DNA of 64,000 nucleotides from a virus: IMG/VR virus record IMGVR_UViG_3300004369_000002, positions 32,001 to 96,000 of that record; one strand, 5' to 3'. Shown piece by piece: positions 57,607 to 64,000 of this stretch (position 1 is its first letter; each line of letters starts with the position of its first letter). The notes under the pieces were generated by a model. It saw only the letters and a program-made list of their open reading frames with translations, ran no database searches and was not told where the DNA came from. The position numbers and the translations under genes were made by a program.

Positions 57607-60144
57607 ATGGCAGTCGGCCGATTTCGCTTACGCGTAGAACCATACGACCCAGACGCAATCGACGCCGACAACGACGGCATCGTCCAAGAAGGCACAGCCT
57701 GGGAACGCCCAGGAGGAACTCGCATCGTCGACAGTCTTCTGAACGAAATACGCCGTGGAATGACGTCCACGAACCGGTCAAGTCAATTCCGAGTTGTTGA
57801 CCGAAGCGGCAAACCGGTTAGTTACACCCCGACCTATATGAGGGGTGCTGGACCACAAGCAGTTGCCCCAGAATCCGGCAAGCCGCTATCTGCACTCGGA
57901 GCCACTCTGCGCGAGCGGGGTTTGCGCCCTATCGGTGAAGGCAGAACGCTCAAAGACCGATTTGATGCGGCACAAGCCGCTGCTGCCGCCTCTAGATCAG
58001 TGGACGCTGGCGAACAAGAACGACGCGAAATCTTTGTGGCCGCACAAAGCGCAACCCAATCCCTATCGCTTCGTCGCGCCACAATGCTCGCTGACGTCAT
58101 GACACCAGAGGAAGCACGCTTCCACGCTCAACTGGATCTTCAAGCCCAACAACTGCTCAATGCTGAACCCATCCCTGCAGTAGATCGTGCTGCTGCCCAA
58201 ACACTCGTCCTCGCAGGAACATATTGGGCCACCTACCTTTTTGGCGGAGGAGAACTCGGCGGCGTTCTCAACGACATTGCGACAGGTGTTGGTGATGCTG
58301 GAATTCAAGAACAATTGGATGTTCTTTCCAGCATGTTCGTCATCGGTGGTGCAATCGGATTGAAAGCGGCTTTGGGCGGACTCACCGAACGTTACGGAAC
58401 ATCCAAAGAAAAAATCAGCGAGTTCGTTGACCGTTTTGCCGAAAGAATGCGCGCTCAGGGCGTGAAGTTCCAGGAGATGCGCGAAGACGTCGCCGAATCA
58501 ATTCGTAACGTGATGAGGCAACTCGGAGCGTTGATGCGTCTCGGACCGAACCGTGATAGCAACAAGCCAGCAGCCGAAGAGATCGCCGAAGCAGCAGAAC
58601 GTGCCGCCGAAGTGTCCGCAGACGCCCAACGAATTCTGGACCGAAACGCTGAGATTGCCGACCGTATCGCTGAACTCGGCGGATCTCTCACCAACGACAT
58701 CGACGACGCGTTCATCGAAAAAAACGGACCGTTTTCGGGGGCCGCTGCACTTGAACCAAAATCGCAAGCATTCGATCGTCGCCGTCGACGAATGGCAGCC
58801 GACTTCGACGCAGTTCGACGAGCAATTAGCAATGGTGGAATTGTTGAAGACAACTCGCCAAACGTCAGGACGATAGAAGACCGGTTGGGGCATGGCAAGA
58901 CAACACCAAAACTTAGTCAATTTCAATTTGATGGGATCAGCCCAGAAGTTAAGGAACTCATTGCAACAAAAACCGACGAAGAACTTTTTGAAATTATGGA
59001 ACGTCGCGCCCTTGAATTCAATCAAGGATTAGATAAACGAGTTCGTGTCCGAGCCAGCCACGGCACCCTCCTCCGACTCGCCGAAGATGGGCGATATAAA
59101 ACAACCCATGAAGCAAAAAGCCAACACAGCGGAGCAGCCATCCGAGCAGGTTACGAAGTCCACCTTGGAATACCATACGAAGCCGAGGCCGAACTTCGGC
59201 CCGCCTCCGGCTATGTTCTTCACCCCGACTGGGAACGAACACAGGCTGATCACCTGCGTCCAAACCTACGCAACATGTCCGACGAAGACATCAACAAGTT
59301 TTTATTTCCAGACGTAAGCAAAAATCCCGCCGGAAACGTCGCTATTTACGGGGAGACGGAAATTGTGTTAAAACCCGAGGTTTCCGGTCGCACGCAATAT
59401 GGGCGTGGTGACTCCCTCACATCAAACCTTCGGCCCACACAAATGGAATCCGACAATCCAGAAGACATTATGCATGCGTTGAACTGGTCCGGAGGACAGA
59501 CAGACAGCGAGAGTGTCAAATATGCCACCAACCTTCTCCAAACGGAAGTTGATGGGCATTTTGGCAACCTCAACCTCTACCACCCTAAATACAATCCAGA
59601 TGGAACGCGCAACACCGAAAACCTTCAACGCGGATATTTCGAAGCGTTGATTGGCGGATCATTCAGTGTCGACGACATCGAAAAAGTTCGGGTCAGCGTA
59701 AAAGACATGGACTCAATGACCAAAGGTGACGACGACTTGAGCGATGAAGGTTTTGTAGACGCGATCGCCAACCCCGACCGCCTGCGGGGCCTCGGTTTTA
59801 GCGACGAAGAGATCGCCTACATCATGGCCAATAAAGGTGCATATAACTTTTCGTCATGGTTCCAGGACTACAGGAATTTCAAACGACGCGAACGTGCTAA
59901 AGAAACACTGGACAACTTGGGATTTCCCGTGGAATACATCCAGGATCTTCCCGGTGGTAAAGACCCATTCGACCTGGACTCTTACCGAGGGCGAGAAGAA
60001 TACTCTTCAATTGAAGACCTTCTGGTAGCACGATCGCGAGAGAACGTGCTACAGGCAATGGAACAAGAGCGGCAGCGGGCGGAACGTCAAGCGTTGATCG
60101 ATACCGGAATGCTTGTTGAGGATGAAGAGGAGAGTGTCGCGTGA
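57607..60144 (+). CDS. large putative effector/internal virion protein with DUF3626-like (ART-like) domain
   Basis: DGRYKTTHE...RPASGY...YGETEIVLKPEV..RT.Y..GDSL...YFEALIGG. Confidence 0.5.
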   Translation: MAVGRFRLRVEPYDPDAIDADNDGIVQEGTAWERPGGTRIVDSLLNEIRRGMTSTNRSSQFRVVDRSGKPVSYTPTYMRGAGPQAVAPESGKPLSALGATLRERGLRPIGEGRTLKDRFDAAQAAAAASRSVDAGEQERREIFVAAQSATQSLSLRRATMLADVMTPEEARFHAQLDLQAQQLLNAEPIPAVDRAAAQTLVLAGTYWATYLFGGGELGGVLNDIATGVGDAGIQEQLDVLSSMFVIGGAIGLKAALGGLTERYGTSKEKISEFVDRFAERMRAQGVKFQEMREDVAESIRNVMRQLGALMRLGPNRDSNKPAAEEIAEAAERAAEVSADAQRILDRNAEIADRIAELGGSLTNDIDDAFIEKNGPFSGAAALEPKSQAFDRRRRRMAADFDAVRRAISNGGIVEDNSPNVRTIEDRLGHGKTTPKLSQFQFDGISPEVKELIATKTDEELFEIMERRALEFNQGLDKRVRVRASHGTLLRLAEDGRYKTTHEAKSQHSGAAIRAGYEVHLGIPYEAEAELRPASGYVLHPDWERTQADHLRPNLRNMSDEDINKFLFPDVSKNPAGNVAIYGETEIVLKPEVSGRTQYGRGDSLTSNLRPTQMESDNPEDIMHALNWSGGQTDSESVKYATNLLQTEVDGHFGNLNLYHPKYNPDGTRNTENLQRGYFEALIGGSFSVDDIEKVRVSVKDMDSMTKGDDDLSDEGFVDAIANPDRLRGLGFSDEEIAYIMANKGAYNFSSWFQDYRNFKRRERAKETLDNLGFPVEYIQDLPGGKDPFDLDSYRGREEYSSIEDLLVARSRENVLQAMEQERQRAERQALIDTGMLVEDEEESVA

Positions 60145-60416
60145 GTGACAAGGTATTGGCCTGTCGAATCGAAGGTCAAGATGTTTATTTCATTAAACGT
60201 CCGAAGCCAGGAGAACAAAACGGATTCATTCGCAAAGAGTTCGGGGATCGCCCCATCGATTTCTGGTCATTCATCAGTCGATTCCCCGATATCGAAATCA
60301 TCGACAACAGCGACTATCTGAAAGAACTGTGGTTCGGCGACACCCAAACACGGGAGTGGGAAGCCGAATACCTCTACCACGGCAACCCACCCTCTGAGAA
60401 TGTAGACAATAAGTGA
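60141..60416 (+). CDS. small hypothetical protein coupled to the putative effector
   Basis: GTGA overlap; GGAGAG RBS. Confidence 0.55.
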   Translation: MSDKVLACRIEGQDVYFIKRPKPGEQNGFIRKEFGDRPIDFWSFISRFPDIEIIDNSDYLKELWFGDTQTREWEAEYLYHGNPPSENVDNK

Positions 60417-60516
60417 TGAATGCGCTATATTTATTGCCCCTACCGTTTTTGCTGATCCTAATCATGGTCCTCACTAACTGGGAATAAAATCAGCAAATTA
60501 CCCAAAATCAATCATT

Positions 60517-60846
60517 ATGGATATTTCTAAACAACTTCGCTATGAAGCGACAGGTGAAAACGGTGTGCTCCCCCCGCCCAGATATATCCCCCTAATGCTC
60601 AGTGCCGCCAACGAAATCGACGACCTCAACCACCAACTCCAAAAAAGTGACTCTGAATACGTCGACAACGCCCTCCGAGCACTCCAACAACTAGACGAAG
60701 AAACACGCAACGCCGACCGCCTCGCCGACGCCCTACATTTGCTCGCTGGTGCCAAAGGAGTACCCGCCCATCTGGTAGACATAGTTTTCGACGCCATCGA
60801 AAATTACGACAATTTGCGCCAAATTCGCCCAATATCAGACACCTAG
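60517..60846 (+). CDS. hypothetical helical protein
   Basis: AANEIDDL phage-type motif. Confidence 0.55.
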   Translation: MDISKQLRYEATGENGVLPPPRYIPLMLSAANEIDDLNHQLQKSDSEYVDNALRALQQLDEETRNADRLADALHLLAGAKGVPAHLVDIVFDAIENYDNLRQIRPISDT

Positions 60847-60856
60847 AAGGATAATC

Positions 60857-61327
60857 ATGAAAATGCGTTTACTAGCCGCCGCAACAGTCTCCGGACTACT
60901 CGGTTTGACCGCCTGCGGAGGAACCGAGACCGTCTACATCGTTAGCGAAACCGCACCAGCCAGCGAAACAAAAGCGCCGGAAACAACTGTCGCCCGAACC
61001 ACAACGACCCGCCCAGTAGAAACACGACCGCCCGCAAACGTACCGTCCTACTCAGGCGATTACGACCCTGAAATGTACGACGATTTCCTGTGGACAAGCG
61101 TTAATGACTTCTGGTGGCTGTTCAGCAAAGATCAACTCCTGACGATGGGACTGCTCGTCTGTGAAGCCTTCGATTCGGGAGCCACGCTAGACGACGTCAC
61201 CAATGAACTGCTCAGCGCAATGGCCAACACAAGCACCATCTACCTGATGGAAGGACTCGCCGCCGTCACCGCTGGAGCAGTCACCTTCCTCTGTCCGGAA
61301 CACGCCTGGTGGCTCAACACCATCTAA
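60857..61327 (+). CDS. lipoprotein with DUF732-like domain
   Basis: signal peptide with LTAC lipobox, Thr/Pro linker, G..VCEAFDSG...AVTFLCPEH. Confidence 0.75.
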   Translation: MKMRLLAAATVSGLLGLTACGGTETVYIVSETAPASETKAPETTVARTTTTRPVETRPPANVPSYSGDYDPEMYDDFLWTSVNDFWWLFSKDQLLTMGLLVCEAFDSGATLDDVTNELLSAMANTSTIYLMEGLAAVTAGAVTFLCPEHAWWLNTI

Positions 61328-61354
61328 CAACTATCTAGATAAATCTATCCGCAC

Positions 61355-61636
61355 ATGAACGATATTCAAAAATACTTGGACCGAACACTTCGAACCTCTG
61401 TCGAAGCAGCCCAACTCACGCGCCTCAACGCGTCACGACTCGCATCCTGGGCCCAAGCACACCAAATCCCCCACATGCACACCCAAGACACCCTCACTAC
61501 ACCAATCTCACTCCACATCTACGGGCGAACAAAAATGCTCATCGCCCGAGAGGGCGACTGGATCATTAAACACCCCACCCGCGGCTACGACGTCCTACCC
61601 GCCCCCATCTTCACCCACAACTACACAACAACATGA
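61355..61636 (+). CDS. conserved phage protein
   Basis: AREGDWIIK...IFTHNY motif. Confidence 0.6.
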   Translation: MNDIQKYLDRTLRTSVEAAQLTRLNASRLASWAQAHQIPHMHTQDTLTTPISLHIYGRTKMLIAREGDWIIKHPTRGYDVLPAPIFTHNYTTT

Positions 61637-61890
61637 TCTCCTACTTCAAACGACGCAAACTCAAACACCAACCAATCGTCGACCTCACCACCTACAACAT
61701 CTACGAAGACGTCATCACCGAATACCAATGGCTACACCGCCAATACCGGTACATCTCCGCCCGAGCCATCGCCCAACTGGAATGCAACCCCACCTGCGCC
61801 TGCGACGAAACCCTCCCCATCACCGGAATCCAATGCGAAACCTGCCAAATCATCGAAGACTACGAAAGACTCACCAAATATGACAAGTAA
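61633..61890 (+). CDS. hypothetical Cys-rich protein
   Basis: C..TCAC...CETC. Confidence 0.55.
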   Translation: MISYFKRRKLKHQPIVDLTTYNIYEDVITEYQWLHRQYRYISARAIAQLECNPTCACDETLPITGIQCETCQIIEDYERLTKYDK

Positions 61891-62152
61891 CGAAACCGCC
61901 GACTACCAATACTTCTACAGTGACAGCACCTACAGCCTGATGCGTCTCTCCGAACACAACCACGGGCTCAGAGAAAAAAATGCGGCCCTTTACAACGCCC
62001 TCGTCGGGCTACGAGACGCCGTCACCAACCACAACGAACCCAACAAAACGCTCAAACAAACACTCGGGCGACACCGAAGCGAATGGCCCTACCTGTGGGA
62101 CCAAATCGACCGAGCGTTAGACACCCTCAACGATTATGAACAAAATTTTTGA
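61880..62152 (+). CDS. hypothetical protein
   Basis: HRSEWPYLW motif; operon packing. Confidence 0.55.
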   Translation: MTSNETADYQYFYSDSTYSLMRLSEHNHGLREKNAALYNALVGLRDAVTNHNEPNKTLKQTLGRHRSEWPYLWDQIDRALDTLNDYEQNF

Positions 62153-62428
62153 CATCATCCTGACTAGCGTCGCAATCGGCGCCTTCATCGCGTTCTGCTT
62201 CGCTCTCGCCAAAGCAGTCACCAGCCAAGATGACTTTTGATACTTTCCTCACCGCAGCGTTGACAACCTACTTCATTTGCGGCATACTGATCGCCCTATG
62301 GAGCACACGACGCAAATAAGCAACGTGTTCGACCTCAGCGAATACCGCAACAAAAAAAATCGGGGCATCGAACAAGCAAAACAACAACACCCCACCAACC
62401 ACAATCCAGATAAATCTAACCGCACCAA

Positions 62429-62917
62429 ATGATCACAATAGAACTAGAACCCTGGGAATACGAACACGCCAGCAACGTCGGCATCCGCCGATACACAGCC
62501 AACTGGACCAAACCAGACGCCCCCCACTACAAAAAACAACTCATGGAAGACGACCGCACCGCCCAAGTCGCAGCAGCCATCTGCGAACTCGCAGTCGCCA
62601 AACACACCAACCGCTACTGGCACGCCCACATCTGGCACCACACCGAACACAACAAATACCGCGATCTCCCCGACGTCGGAAAAAACATCGAAGTCCGCCG
62701 CATCAGAACACAAAAACAAGCCGCAATCCGCAAACACCAACTCGGCAAAAACCTCGTCATCTGGGTCGCCGAAACCATCCCACCCGAACTACGCCAAGTC
62801 AAACTCCACGGCTGGCTCAAACACGACGACGCCTGGGAACAAGGAACCCCATCCACCTACTCCCCAGAAACCACACGAGTCATCTCAACCCAACAACTCA
62901 ACCCCCCACAAATCTAA
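62429..62917 (+). CDS. PD-(D/E)XK-like hypothetical protein
   Basis: CELAVAK...LPDVGKNIEVRR. Confidence 0.55.
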   Translation: MITIELEPWEYEHASNVGIRRYTANWTKPDAPHYKKQLMEDDRTAQVAAAICELAVAKHTNRYWHAHIWHHTEHNKYRDLPDVGKNIEVRRIRTQKQAAIRKHQLGKNLVIWVAETIPPELRQVKLHGWLKHDDAWEQGTPSTYSPETTRVISTQQLNPPQI

Positions 62918-62934
62918 CCAAAAAGGAACACGCC

Positions 62935-63213
62935 ATCAAAAAATACACCCCCACCCCCAAAAACGAAATCATCCAACACCTCAACAACACCGAACAAACC
63001 ACCATCACCTACGACAACCTAGACGAAGCCCTCATCGGCATCGGAAGCCAACACACCAAACCCCCCATCGCCATCTACTCACACCAACTCATCATCGAAA
63101 CACTCATCAAACAAGGCATGACACCCGACGAAGCCATCGAATACACCGACTACAACATCATCGGACAATGGATCGGCGACCAAACCCCCATCATCCTCTA
63201 CGACCACCACTAA
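62935..63213 (+). CDS. conserved phage protein with apparent ATC start
   Basis: 92-codon frame containing DNLDEALIG...GMTPDEAIEY.DYNIIG.WIGDQTP; AAGGA 7 nt upstream of ATC. Confidence 0.6.
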   Translation: MKKYTPTPKNEIIQHLNNTEQTTITYDNLDEALIGIGSQHTKPPIAIYSHQLIIETLIKQGMTPDEAIEYTDYNIIGQWIGDQTPIILYDHH

Positions 63214-63323
63214 CCAATCAGATAAATCCAACCAAAACATCGGACAGAAAAATATGGCACAGCACCGCCGCCGGTTTTGGGGTGCGCTCCGAAAGTCCCG
63301 CAGGGGTAGGGGGGTGGGGTGGT

Positions 63324-63352
63324 CGAACGTGTGTTCGTCGAACGTGTGTTCG
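63324..63352. promoter_or_regulatory. two tandem LexA (SOS) boxes
   Basis: CGAAC-GTGT-GTTCG at 63324-63337 and 63339-63352. Confidence 0.7.
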
Positions 63353-63357
63353 GTTGG

Positions 63358-63419
63358 TTGTCCACAGGGTTTTCCACTGTTTTCACAGGGTTGGGGGGTG
63401 GTTTTGGGGTTTGTCCACA
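63358..63419 (+). other. DnaA-box cluster, putative origin
   Basis: TTGTCCACA at 63358 and 63411; degenerate TTTTCCACT at 63370 and GTTTTCACA at 63379. Confidence 0.65.
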
Positions 63420-63511
63420 GGTTTTTGGTGTAGGTGGGGTTGCGTTTAGGCTTGTTTGTTGATAGGGTTGTGTTTGTTATTGTTATCTGATTCTTTTGGA
63501 AGGAGTTTGTT

Positions 63512-64000
63512 ATGCGTATCTTGTTTTGTGGTGACATTCATGGGAATGCCACTCAGTTGCGTTTCGTGTACAAGACCGCCGAGGCGCATGGTTGCGAGTT
63601 GATCTGGTCGTGTGGTGACTTTGGGTATTGGCCTCACATGGATAGGGGCCGATCGTTTTTGGACACCGTGGACGTACTGGAGGAGATGACGGGTATCCCG
63701 TTGTATTGGACTGACGGCAACCATGAGAACCACGATCTGTTAGATCGTTTGTTGTTGGAGCATGGCGATAGTGCGCCTATTGCGACGAGTGAGGGGTCGT
63801 CGTGGGTTCCTCGTGGATGTGTGGTGACCCTGGATGGGGTGACGTTCATGTCGTATGGGGGCGGGTATTCGGTGGACTGGCAACGACGCACGGAGGGGGT
63901 GTCGTGGTGGCGTCAGGAGTTGGTGGATGAGGGTCATGTGTTGGATGTGTCTGATTCACCCGTGGATGTTCTTGTGACGCATGACACGCCTTTGGGTAAG
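63512..64000 (+). CDS. calcineurin-like metallophosphoesterase (partial, runs off the window)
   Basis: GDIHGN, GDFG, DGNHEN, LVTHD motifs; AAGGAG RBS. Confidence 0.9.
   Translation, partial: MRILFCGDIHGNATQLRFVYKTAEAHGCELIWSCGDFGYWPHMDRGRSFLDTVDVLEEMTGIPLYWTDGNHENHDLLDRLLLEHGDSAPIATSEGSSWVPRGCVVTLDGVTFMSYGGGYSVDWQRRTEGVSWWRQELVDEGHVLDVSDSPVDVLVTHDTPLGK

Noticed and set aside
62320-62335. Additional SOS box (CAAC-GT-GTTCG)
   Set aside because: Wrong spacing; only a half-site
63324-63352. CRISPR-like repeat
   Set aside because: Only two adjacent 14-15 bp units with no spacers; better explained as LexA boxes
63079-63537. ORFs spanning the putative origin on both strands
   Set aside because: Low-complexity translations produced by the extreme skew and repeats
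1-64000. tRNA, rRNA, integrase, transposase, intron or intein
   Set aside because: None recognised; intergenic gaps are short, and nrdJ and thyX are uninterrupted

Overview
The whole window is part of a large tailed dsDNA phage with a contractile (myovirus-type) tail. It most likely infects an actinobacterium: it carries WhiB, a DUF732-like lipoprotein, TTGTCCACA DnaA boxes, CGAAC-N4-GTTCG LexA boxes and leaderless-type promoters. 0.1-15.5 kb holds a glycosyltransferase, then neck, sheath, tube, a tail assembly chaperone with a likely -1 frameshift, tape measure and baseplate genes. 15.5-46.4 kb is an unusually large block of about 35 fibre, adaptor and tip genes. These reuse a small set of parts: an AKGD repeat, recurring C-terminal/N-terminal 'socket-plug' gene pairs, and three triplets of paralogous ~180-aa proteins. 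The block also includes a 1913-aa protein with a possible type-1 copper site. 46.4-57.6 kb holds two Fe/2OG oxygenases, a methyltransferase, class II ribonucleotide reductase, WhiB, ThyX, a primase-helicase and a TerS-like HTH protein. 57.6-64 kb holds a large putative effector with a DUF3626-like domain and many small genes. At about 63.25-63.5 kb there is an abrupt A/C-to-G/T strand-skew flip centred on a non-coding element with tandem LexA boxes, DnaA boxes, G-tracts and flanking inverted repeats; this is probably the replication origin or the genome end junction. All family assignments are from motif recognition only, with no database searches.
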